A program made the position numbers and the translations under genes. From Methanosarcina sp. (GTDB lineage: Archaea > Halobacteriota > Methanosarcinia > Methanosarcinales > Methanosarcinaceae), in assembly GCF_028693135.1 (NCBI RefSeq), contig NZ_JAQUVZ010000060.1, positions 1-19,964 of the forward strand: DNA of 19,964 nt. Direction: 5' to 3'. Position 1 is the stretch's first letter. The number at the start of each line of letters is the position of its first letter. Shown here in pieces: positions 1 to 7,998 of this stretch. A model generated the notes under the pieces. That model was not told the DNA's origin, searched no databases, and saw only the letters and a list, made by a program, of their open reading frames with translations.

Positions 1-122
1 ACTATTTGTCCACTGGCAAATGGGAATTTTTCCTGGGGCTGGATAATGGGAGCCGGATGAGCTGAGAGGTTCACGTCCGGTTCTGAGAGGGCCTGGGGGT
101 GAAATTCCCCTGGGCTACTCAC
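1..122 (+). mobile_element. 3' terminus of a group II intron (domain V 50-83, domain VI ~85-122, branch-point A117); the rest of the intron lies upstream of the window
   Basis: 50-83 GAGCCGGATGAGCTGAGAGGTTCACGTCCGGTTC is a 34-nt match to the group II domain V consensus (GAGCCGUAUG..GAAA-type loop..CACGUACGGUUC). It includes the AGC triad and a compensatory G56:C77 pair. 87-120 folds as GAGGGCCTGGGGG / CCCCTGGGCT-A-CTC, a 13-bp helix with one bulged A (117), followed by AC. This is the classic domain VI plus AY 3' end. Confidence 0.8.
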
Positions 123-545
123 CTTGTAGTCCTTTCAAAGGAATGGATCGATCCTGACAGGGTTGGGGCTATTCTGGCTGATCTGGGCCTTGAATTGAAC
201 AAAGAAAAGACTTATGTCGGAACTGCTGGGAACGGGTTTGAGTTCGTGGGCTTCTATTTTCAGGAAATTGTGGAGGAAAACGGGGCAGGGAGTATTATAA
301 AGATTATACCTACCGAGGGGTCTATTGAGAAGATAATAGAGAGTATCGAGAGCATAGAAAGCGCAATATGTATAGAAAACGCCCGCTTTGACAATGGATA
401 TCAAGCTCAGGCTCTGGATAATGTAATTAAAAATATCTATAGAGTTGTTAACCCCTGGGTAAACTACTACAAACACACGGAATACGCTGCTGGGCTTGAA
501 AGAATTGAGCAGAACTTCAATAAAAAGATTAAAGAATTTATTTAA
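123..545 (+). CDS. Group-II-intron-like reverse transcriptase, 3' exon only (RT motifs 6-7 and thumb/X-like region); 5' exon is outside the window
   Basis: Translation LVVLSKE..LADLGLELNKEKTYVG..GFEFVGFYF matches the (YADD)fvvl..GLxLNxEKT..GFxFLGF pattern. NPWVNYYKH resembles the thumb GWxNYY motif. The frame opens exactly at the predicted 3' splice site. No domain V/VI follows the stop at 545, and cas6 starts 74 nt downstream. The ORF-track start at 99 lies inside intron domain VI and is not credible. Confidence 0.65.
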   Translation, partial: LVVLSKEWIDPDRVGAILADLGLELNKEKTYVGTAGNGFEFVGFYFQEIVEENGAGSIIKIIPTEGSIEKIIESIESIESAICIENARFDNGYQAQALDNVIKNIYRVVNPWVNYYKHTEYAAGLERIEQNFNKKIKEFI

Positions 546-618
546 ATATATATTCTGATTATAATTATATAGACAACTTATTCGATTAATATCATAAGCT
601 ATTTATCTTATCCCAAAT

Positions 619-1374
619 ATGAACAAAATTGAAAAATGTATTTGTAAAAAATTCCAGATAGATTTTATGAATTCTGAAAACATTAAACTCAAAACCCTTG
701 AAATGACTTTCGAAGGAACAGAAGAATTCAGGGGAGATGCAAATCAGATCCGTGGTTTCTTTGCGTCAAAATTCAATGAATATGACCAGCTCCACAACCA
801 TAACACTGACAGGTTTTACTATCGTTACCCTCTCGTGCAGTACAAAGTTCTTGACAGGATGCCTCTCATAGTCGGTGTAAATGAAGGAGCAGAAATCTTG
901 AAAGGTTTATTTGACAAATTTGATACGGTCACCCTTCCTCACGAAGACTTTGAAATCACTGAAAGGTCTATCAGGATTAAAAAACAGGACTTTGGCCTTA
1001 CAAAAGGCATCTTTTTCTACGAATTCCTGACACCCTGGCTTGCTCTCAACAAAGAAAACGAAGAAAAATTCCTTGAGACCAGAAACCCTGAAGATCAAAA
1101 GGAAATCCTCAGGAGGACTCTGATAGGAAACCTGCTTTCCATGTCAAAGACCTTTGGGTACACTGTTCCTGATACAATAAAATGCGATGTTGATGTGGAG
1201 ATTTGCTGTTCAAAATACAAAACTATGGATTTTACTTCTTTTACAGGCGTTTTTATGGTTAATTTTTTGATCCCAGATTTTATGGGAGTGGGGAAGGGAG
1301 TTGCTAAGGGGTTTGGGACTGTGAGGAAAATAAAAGAAAATAGAAGGAAATCTGAATCATTCCAATTTCACTAA
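619..1374 (+). CDS. cas6: Cas6-family RAMP endoribonuclease (crRNA processing)
   Basis: The RYPLVQYK motif is typical of Cas6 N-terminal domains. The C-terminal glycine-rich loop is GVGKGVAKGFGTV. Size is ~250 aa and the gene sits immediately upstream of the type III effector genes. Confidence 0.7.
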   Translation: MNKIEKCICKKFQIDFMNSENIKLKTLEMTFEGTEEFRGDANQIRGFFASKFNEYDQLHNHNTDRFYYRYPLVQYKVLDRMPLIVGVNEGAEILKGLFDKFDTVTLPHEDFEITERSIRIKKQDFGLTKGIFFYEFLTPWLALNKENEEKFLETRNPEDQKEILRRTLIGNLLSMSKTFGYTVPDTIKCDVDVEICCSKYKTMDFTSFTGVFMVNFLIPDFMGVGKGVAKGFGTVRKIKENRRKSESFQFH

Positions 1375-1407
1375 TGTTTGGTATTTTTAGAAAATTTATC
1401 ATGAATT

Positions 1408-2532
1408 ATGGAGCCATTTATGATAGAACCTGAGCCCATTATAATCGAAACTCTTACTCCAATATGGACAGGTGGAGTAAATGGGAAATCTACTGCAATT
1501 AAAGAAACAGGCATTATCGGAAGCATGCGTTGGTGGTATGAGGCAATAGTAAGAGGAATAGGGGGATATGCTTGCGATCCGATCAATACAATAAGTGAAC
1601 AACGATGCACATTGGACGGAAAGGAAAAAACAGAAGACGAAAGAAATAAAAAAATGTGTCCGGTATGTTATCTTTTTGGGTGTGGAGGATGGAAACGGAG
1701 ATTTCGATTAGAAATAGTGGATTCTGGTGCAAAAGAGACTTTTCATTTAGCTACACTTGATAGTGGAGCAGGAAACTACTGGTGGTTATCAACAATTTTC
1801 GAAAAAAACCTTAATGAAAACCTTTCCTTTGGAAAATTCACTTTTAAAATTTATCTCATTGGAAGAGATAATCAATCAGAAATAATTAATCAAATCAAAT
1901 CTTTGCTCTCCATAATGTCTCATGTTGGTGCGATTGGTGCCAAAAATCAATATGGTTTTGGTCAGTTTGAAATGGAAGATAGGATGGATTTTCAAAACGC
2001 TCTGAATGAGATAAATAACTTTTCTAATAAGGATGAATTCAAAAAAGAGGCAAATAAACCAGACTGGTACTCTTTATCAAATTTTTGGTGTTATGAGTTT
2101 AAAATTCCTGTGAAAAACCAGTTAATCCAAAGATTTCAGAAATCGAACATCATTGGGAATAAATCTTTGTCTACGAGTTATCTGCCGGTATCTTTCGATA
2201 TAAGGTATAAACTTCCAAACCACAATAAAGGTTCAGGATTGAGACAAGCATATTACGTTCATTGTAATGGAGATAAGAAACAAGTTCGTAAAATATTTGG
2301 CACACTCCCTAAGAGCGAAAAAAAAGAAGGTGGAATTGGAAGTCGAATTTTTGTAAGTCATCTATTTAGAGAGATGTCAGAAGAGGATTATTATTTTTTA
2401 CGTGTTTGGGGTTTCACTAAAAAAGACGTGGGTGACCTTGTCAGTACGGAGATTAAAAAAATGTTTTCTCTTAAAGAGGTTCCAAAAATGAAATACGAAG
2501 AGGAGATCAATAATTTTTTAGGGGGTGCCTAA
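1408..2532 (+). CDS. cmr1: Type III RAMP protein, Cmr1-like (Cas7 group)
   Basis: N-terminal RAMP signature TPIWTGG..IIGSMRWWYEAIVRG. CPVCYLFGCGGWKRRF. G-rich loop GAIGAKNQYGFGQFE. First effector gene after cas6. The stop abuts the next start (2532/2533). Confidence 0.65.
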   Translation: MEPFMIEPEPIIIETLTPIWTGGVNGKSTAIKETGIIGSMRWWYEAIVRGIGGYACDPINTISEQRCTLDGKEKTEDERNKKMCPVCYLFGCGGWKRRFRLEIVDSGAKETFHLATLDSGAGNYWWLSTIFEKNLNENLSFGKFTFKIYLIGRDNQSEIINQIKSLLSIMSHVGAIGAKNQYGFGQFEMEDRMDFQNALNEINNFSNKDEFKKEANKPDWYSLSNFWCYEFKIPVKNQLIQRFQKSNIIGNKSLSTSYLPVSFDIRYKLPNHNKGSGLRQAYYVHCNGDKKQVRKIFGTLPKSEKKEGGIGSRIFVSHLFREMSEEDYYFLRVWGFTKKDVGDLVSTEIKKMFSLKEVPKMKYEEEINNFLGGA

Positions 2533-3822
2533 ATGAACACTGATTGGGGTTCAGTTCTTCATCAACAGGAAAAAAACTCTATAAATGATTCAGAGATAAT
2601 TGTTAAGGAAATCGATCAGGCAAGAAAGGAAGAAAAAGAAGAATTACAAAAAAAGTTAGAGATCAAACTTAAGGATCTAATTTTGCCCAACGAACATCTG
2701 GCCTATCATTACATGGTTACCATTAATCAAAAACTGTCTGATAATTTCCGAACAGCATGGCAGAGACAGAACTTGAAAGTCAATTTAGAAGAAGTTATAG
2801 AAAACTGGGGACTTACAAAATACATTAAAGACAATTTCTTGTATCCGAAGGTAAATCTTTCTACACTACCCAGTTATTCCTTTGTTCTCAAATTTATGTT
2901 TACACTTAAAAAGCCTTATATGTCTCTTGATGAAAACGATTTTCACATTATTGATAATCCCCTGAGAAAGGATAAAGTTATAAACCTCCCATTTGTAGCG
3001 CCTTCTTCTTGGAAAGGAAGTCTCAGGAACTCACTCTGGCAACTTAAATACGACCCTGAAAACGACTTGATAAGACGTATTTTTGGAAACGAGAAATCTC
3101 CCTCTGAAGAAATAGATCTGAGAAGAGGAAGATTGTATTTCTTCCCTACCTTTTTTACCAAAAAATCATTGGAAATAATTAATCCTCATGACCGAGAGCG
3201 TAGAGTTGGGACAGTGCCGATTCTAATGGAAAGCGTTCCACAAGATACAACGGGATTTTTCACACTTCTATATGTTCCTTTTGACTTGATTGGATGTGAT
3301 GAAAACAACATTAAAAAACAGGTTTCTGAAGATCTAGAGTTGATCTCAAAAGGAGTAAAATTGATGTTTACTTATTATGGTTTTGGAGCCAAAACATCAA
3401 GTGGATACGGGACAGTTTATGAAAATGTTGAAGAGGGTACTGTCACTTTAAGAACTAAAGAAATAGAAGTTTCCGTCAAAGATACTGAGAAAGTAAAGCC
3501 TCCAGAAGACGGTTATATTAAATATCTTAATGAAGATGGCAGTGTCAAGGGAGAATTAAAAGGATCTGGAAAATATGGACTTCTAAGTGATAAAGAGTAT
3601 TATAAAATAAAAAACCAGCTTGAAGGAAGTAAAAACGAATATAGAGGTTTCAGACAATGGTATGGGTTAAATGGAGAAAAGTGGCAAAAACATTTAAACT
3701 CTCTACAGTTTCCAAAACCTGAATGGCCAATTAGGAACTTTGAAAATTTCTCAGAATTAATCGAGATCTCCAAAAATATTGCTACCTCTTTAGAATCTTC
3801 GGGGGCTCATAATGAGTGCTGA
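2533..3822 (+). CDS. cmr6: Type III RAMP protein, Cmr6-like (Cas7 group) with N- and C-terminal extensions
   Basis: LPFVAPSSWKGSLRNSL, RRIFGNE..GRLYFFPTFF and the G-rich loop YYGFGAKTSSGYGTV are RAMP/Cmr6-type motifs. Overlaps the cas10 start by 11 nt. Confidence 0.6.
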   Translation: MNTDWGSVLHQQEKNSINDSEIIVKEIDQARKEEKEELQKKLEIKLKDLILPNEHLAYHYMVTINQKLSDNFRTAWQRQNLKVNLEEVIENWGLTKYIKDNFLYPKVNLSTLPSYSFVLKFMFTLKKPYMSLDENDFHIIDNPLRKDKVINLPFVAPSSWKGSLRNSLWQLKYDPENDLIRRIFGNEKSPSEEIDLRRGRLYFFPTFFTKKSLEIINPHDRERRVGTVPILMESVPQDTTGFFTLLYVPFDLIGCDENNIKKQVSEDLELISKGVKLMFTYYGFGAKTSSGYGTVYENVEEGTVTLRTKEIEVSVKDTEKVKPPEDGYIKYLNEDGSVKGELKGSGKYGLLSDKEYYKIKNQLEGSKNEYRGFRQWYGLNGEKWQKHLNSLQFPKPEWPIRNFENFSELIEISKNIATSLESSGAHNEC

Positions 3823-6574
3823 TCTCAAAATCCTTGCTGAGAATAGAGTAAATCTATTCTTAGCTGAGATTGCTGCTTGGTTGCATGATATGGGAAAATG
3901 CAGTGATAAATTTATAATCGGAAGTTCTAGGGACAAACCATCAGATTTGAAGTATTATGATATAAAAAAAGATTATTTATCAAATTTTGATGAAAGTAAT
4001 AATGAAATTAAATCTCTTTTTGAGAAAAGATATGTTGACTTTTCTAAAGTAAATTTCATCAATGAGAAAGTTACCTTAAATGATCTTATTGTAAAAGGTC
4101 TTCCGAGGACTAATAAAGAAAAAGAGATAGATAAATTTCCTTGGTTGGTAAGAACATTAGGACGTTGTCATGGTGCAGCACATATTGAAAAAGAAACTAC
4201 AGATAAAGTGTATAAACAATCTAAAGATTGCACAATGAAAAGTAATCCTTTTGGATTTGAAAAAAAGATAGATAATCTTACACTGAAATTAACAAATCTT
4301 CCGTATAGCGAAATGGAAAATCGGTCTTTTTTTGTTAAGTCGTTAGTTGAATCTTTTAATTATGCATTAGGCGATACCAGAAGGCCTACAAATGAGGTCA
4401 CACTTACTGATTGGTCAGGCATAGTTGCTGCATTGTATAAATCCACTTTAGCTGGTGCATTACTCCTTGGGGAAAAAATAGATCCAGTTGAACTAAAGTG
4501 GAGGTTTTTATCAATAAGGTTTAATTCAGAACAAATATGGGGAAATGCTCAAAGCGTACCTGTATTAACTACAAAAAAAGAACTTTTAACAGAAGGTTTG
4601 GATCGAGTAAAAATTCTTCTTGAAGAAACTTGTCCATTAGGAAACGAAATATACCGAGATGAAAATAATAGTTTGTTCGTTGTACCAGACATCCCCGATT
4701 TACTGGACAAAATATATGAAAAAGATAAATCGCTAAAACAATTAATAGCAAATGAGTTTGGATTTGAAGGCGAAGTCGTTGTCACTACAGAAATTGATAC
4801 TGAAACCTGGTGGGGACAAAAACCAGATAGAAATGATAATTCCCAAGAAAACGAAATCCCTCCTATAGCAAAGATACTTTCTAATGAAAAGCCTCACTCT
4901 ACAGCAGATGCTAATTCCATTGAGAAATTCTGGAAAGATTCTTTCAATAGAGGAATTTGCACAATTTCCTGGTTACGTCCGCAGGGACCCACTTCAAAGG
5001 GATTTAACAGGAAAGCCTCAGATTGCTGGGTCGAGAGGGTAACGGGGAGAGCGCGTGAATGGTATAATAACCTTAATACCACAATATGGATTGATGAAGT
5101 TGCTGATACAAATAACAGAATTTGTTTGCTAACTGGAAAACTAGACCTCTTAGAATGGCTAAAACCAGATGGGTATATTTCTACGTTAAAGGTAGCTGAA
5201 GCACAAAATGAAGTCGTTACAAAAAACCCATCTTTTGCTCGTATGCATCGAGTCTGGAAAACAACTAAAGAATTCTGGGAAGATGTAGAATCTGAACTGA
5301 AGGGGAAAGTAGGCCCAGTTGACAGTAGGTTAAAGATTACTGGAAAATTCAAACCTGAAAACGCAAATATTCGGCTCACTAGATGCAATGCCTACAAAGC
5401 AATGTTGGATAGAATCGGTTTTAGCATTTTTTATGGGGAAAACAATGAATATCTCATAATCGATAATCTCAAAGAACTAGCAAATAAATTTGGTTTTAAT
5501 CCTGAAAAATGCGCTGATAAAAGTCCTACAGAATATCTTAAAGAATATCTGTCCAATAAAAAAGTTAACATCTATGATTCTGAGGGACAAAACCGACTAA
5601 ACCCCATCGGCAACTTGATAATATTAAATATCGAAGACGAAAATACCCCTTATGTTCCTGCAATTCCCATAATGGCTGAACCAAGTGTATTCATGGCTAT
5701 AGTTCCAGCAGATAAAGCTCTTGAGATATCCAGACTAATAAAAATAAAATACGAAAAAGAAATGGGGAAAGTAAGGAATCGTTTGCCTTTAAGTCTTGGG
5801 ATGGTATTTGCTAAGTCTCGCACTCCGTTAGCGGCTTTAATGGATGCAGGACGGAAGATGTTGCGCAAATCGAATAAAGAGAGATCAGTTAAAGAGGATA
5901 AATGGATCTTGAAAGAAAATCCAATTGAAAACGATAAATTGATTACTCTCAAATTTAATAACGGGATTAAATGGGAAGTTCTTTCAAAAATGGGAGATGA
6001 CATAACTCCTGATATATGGTATCCCTTTTTTTATGTTGACGGAGATCTTCAGGACAGTTCTGACACTTTTATACACTCTTTTAAGAATTCTGAGGGATGG
6101 CTGGTTCATATTAATGAATTAAAAGAAGGAGATTCAGTAAAAATTTTACCTTCTAAATTCGATTTTGAATTTTTGGATTCGGCTTCCCGCAGATTTGAAA
6201 TTTGTTATAATGAAAATGGAAATCGGAAGGAAAGCCTGAAAGCTCTAAGACCATACCTGCTAGAAGAACTTGATAGTTTCGATGGTTTATGGGATATATG
6301 CTCCAAAAACCTCTCAAACACTCAGATGAACAATATTATTACTCTTATTGAGAGAAAAAGGGATGAATGGGCTGTCGAAGAGGATAAAACTATTTTCGAA
6401 ACTTTTGTTCGTGATGTCCTTTACAATGCAAACTGGAACAATGGAAGAAAACCAGATACTACAGACTTGGATAAATTAGAAGATGCGGCTAAGTCTGGGA
6501 AATTAAGGGATATTCTGGAGTTACACATGAACATTTTAAAGCTTAGAGCGAAGGAAGTTTCGGGAGGAATTTAA
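3812..6574 (+). CDS. cas10: Cas10 large subunit, HD domain present, cyclase GGDD motif absent (III-C-like)
   Basis: 920 aa. N-terminal AAWLHDMGK (H25 D26), then GRCHGAAH and LGDTRRP, as in Cas10 HD domains. MAEPSVFMAIVPADKALE..LSLGMVFAKSRTPLAALMDAGRKML aligns to the yaGGDDfxxiG..SaGiaxxxxxxPlxxxxxxAexxL palm-2 pattern but carries AEPS (5675-5686) instead of GGDD. No GGDD or GGDE occurs anywhere in the ORF. Confidence 0.75.
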   Translation: MSADLKILAENRVNLFLAEIAAWLHDMGKCSDKFIIGSSRDKPSDLKYYDIKKDYLSNFDESNNEIKSLFEKRYVDFSKVNFINEKVTLNDLIVKGLPRTNKEKEIDKFPWLVRTLGRCHGAAHIEKETTDKVYKQSKDCTMKSNPFGFEKKIDNLTLKLTNLPYSEMENRSFFVKSLVESFNYALGDTRRPTNEVTLTDWSGIVAALYKSTLAGALLLGEKIDPVELKWRFLSIRFNSEQIWGNAQSVPVLTTKKELLTEGLDRVKILLEETCPLGNEIYRDENNSLFVVPDIPDLLDKIYEKDKSLKQLIANEFGFEGEVVVTTEIDTETWWGQKPDRNDNSQENEIPPIAKILSNEKPHSTADANSIEKFWKDSFNRGICTISWLRPQGPTSKGFNRKASDCWVERVTGRAREWYNNLNTTIWIDEVADTNNRICLLTGKLDLLEWLKPDGYISTLKVAEAQNEVVTKNPSFARMHRVWKTTKEFWEDVESELKGKVGPVDSRLKITGKFKPENANIRLTRCNAYKAMLDRIGFSIFYGENNEYLIIDNLKELANKFGFNPEKCADKSPTEYLKEYLSNKKVNIYDSEGQNRLNPIGNLIILNIEDENTPYVPAIPIMAEPSVFMAIVPADKALEISRLIKIKYEKEMGKVRNRLPLSLGMVFAKSRTPLAALMDAGRKMLRKSNKERSVKEDKWILKENPIENDKLITLKFNNGIKWEVLSKMGDDITPDIWYPFFYVDGDLQDSSDTFIHSFKNSEGWLVHINELKEGDSVKILPSKFDFEFLDSASRRFEICYNENGNRKESLKALRPYLLEELDSFDGLWDICSKNLSNTQMNNIITLIERKRDEWAVEEDKTIFETFVRDVLYNANWNNGRKPDTTDLDKLEDAAKSGKLRDILELHMNILKLRAKEVSGGI

Positions 6575-7537
6575 ATGAACGGATCAAACGGACTTTATAC
6601 TCAACAACGCTATCTATTCATGGCGCTGGACCCTATTCATATAGGTACTGGACAATCCCAACTTGGAAGGGTTGATAACACGATAGTTAGAGAGCCTGGA
6701 ACAAATCTCCCCAAAATTCCAGGGACGAGTTTAATGGGAGCAGCACGTCAATATGCCTCAATGAAATATGGGAAACTAGAAGCAGCTGGCCTGCATAAAA
6801 AATTAAAAGGAAAAAACCATGAAAATTGTCCAATAATCTATACATTCGGTACATATACAGACACCGAAGGGGGCCAGCAAGGTAAAATTAGCATCAGTGA
6901 CGCACAAATTTTGCTATTTCCAGTAAATTCTATTGCAGGACCCTTATGGGTCAGTACAAAAGAGACCCTCGAAGCTGCAGGATTCTCTTTAGAAAATGAT
7001 GTTGAGTTTTCCGACGAAAGCATGTTTACTTCTACAAATTGGGGTAAAGAAACTTTAAATCTTGGGTGGCTCTCACTGAAGGCGATTCCCGGGTTAAATG
7101 TAGTCCCTCCAGATGTTATTAAAGGAAACAATGAATGGAATTCTATAGCTAACCGACTTTCAATTGTATCTTCCAAATTATTTTCTCAAATCGTTAATAG
7201 TAATCTTGAAGTTCGTACTTCTGTTGCCATAAATCCCGAAACTGGAACAGCTGAGGATAAAGCTTTGTTTACTTATGAAGCTATCCCGAGAGCAACCTGG
7301 TTATTTTTTGATGTAGTACAGGATGATTATAAAAATGAGTTTCCACCAACTGAAAAACAGTACAAGGACAAAACCGACAATATAGGTGATTCACTTGGGG
7401 AAACTTGGAACTCACCCATTGATGTTTTGAACGCGGGTTTTCATTTGATAGAGTATCTAGGTATCGGGGGAATGGTTACCAGAGGATTTGGAAGAATGAA
7501 AAATATATGTGGCTGGGAGGTTGAAAATGAATCTTGA
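6575..7537 (+). CDS. cmr4: Type III backbone RAMP, Cmr4-like (Cas7)
   Basis: ALDPIHIGTGQSQLGRVDNTIVREPGTNLPKIPGTSLMGAARQ matches the Cmr4/Csm3 N-terminal motif, including the catalytic-position Asp. C-terminal G-rich loop GIGGMVTRGFGRM. The start directly follows the cas10 stop. Confidence 0.75.
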   Translation: MNGSNGLYTQQRYLFMALDPIHIGTGQSQLGRVDNTIVREPGTNLPKIPGTSLMGAARQYASMKYGKLEAAGLHKKLKGKNHENCPIIYTFGTYTDTEGGQQGKISISDAQILLFPVNSIAGPLWVSTKETLEAAGFSLENDVEFSDESMFTSTNWGKETLNLGWLSLKAIPGLNVVPPDVIKGNNEWNSIANRLSIVSSKLFSQIVNSNLEVRTSVAINPETGTAEDKALFTYEAIPRATWLFFDVVQDDYKNEFPPTEKQYKDKTDNIGDSLGETWNSPIDVLNAGFHLIEYLGIGGMVTRGFGRMKNICGWEVENES

Positions 7538-7710
7538 TCTCGAGGCTGCACGATCCTCTCAAGCACTCATGAAAGATACAATTAATCAACAAAGCAAGAG
7601 TGTAGAAAATCTCGTTAAAATGAATCTTGATCTCGAGGCTGCACGATCCTCTCAAGCACTCATGAAAGATACAATTAATCAACAAAGCAAGAGTGTAGAA
7701 AATCTCGTTA
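7524..7710 (+). repeat. Perfect 93-bp direct tandem duplication (2 copies plus 1 nt) covering the cas11 start codon and first 30 codons
   Basis: 7524-7616 and 7617-7709 read identically: AAAATGAATCTTGATCTCGAGGCTGCACGATCCTCTCAAGCACTCATGAAAGATACAATTAATCAACAAAGCAAGAGTGTAGAAAATCTCGTT. Confidence 0.95.
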
Positions 7711-7997
7711 CAAAGACTTTAGGTGTTTTACAAGAAAACGGGGTTTATGCTTGTATGCTATTTCTTTATTCGCGCAGTAATTCTGAAAAAGAAATTGCTA
7801 AATGTATAAGAAGTAGACTCCTGGAAATGACTGTATTTGTGGGAAAAAAATCACCAGATGGTGATAATTCAGAAGAAATCTTAGAATTCTTTACAAATAA
7901 TATTTGTAATGACATTGATACGCTTTTCTTAACTAAACAACTTTGGGAGCAGACATTAATTTACGCCCGATATGGAGCAAAGGCCAGGGAGGACTAA
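7527..7997 (+). CDS. cmr5: Small subunit Cas11/Cmr5-like, carrying an N-terminal 31-aa exact duplication
   Basis: A ~150-aa helical ORF between cmr4 and the cas5-like gene. TLGVLQENGVYACMLFLYSRS resembles the Cmr5 xxIxxNGLxxxxxFL motif. ATG 7527 is preceded by GGAGG (7515-7519). I prefer it over the track's GTG at 7509. Confidence 0.55.
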   Translation: MNLDLEAARSSQALMKDTINQQSKSVENLVKMNLDLEAARSSQALMKDTINQQSKSVENLVTKTLGVLQENGVYACMLFLYSRSNSEKEIAKCIRSRLLEMTVFVGKKSPDGDNSEEILEFFTNNICNDIDTLFLTKQLWEQTLIYARYGAKARED

Positions 7998-7998
7998 A

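Noticed and set aside
57-122. RT pseudogene reading: two in-frame TGA codons (63-65, 84-86) and WATH in place of YADD, suggesting a decayed RT
   Set aside because: The same bases form a near-consensus group II domain V and a domain VI with a bulged A. The apparent lesions are intron RNA, and the RT frame is clean from the predicted 3' splice site onward.
99-122. ORF-track start (GTG 99, MKFPWATH) for the RT ORF
   Set aside because: It lies inside intron domain VI. There is no RBS and no RT-like sequence before L at 123.
3812-6574. Search for an intact GGDD cyclase motif, a CxxC zinc-finger pair or a fused CARF/nuclease domain in Cas10
   Set aside because: None was found. The closest strings (KMGDDI, YVDGDL) are not in the palm context, so the cyclase is called inactive rather than relocated.
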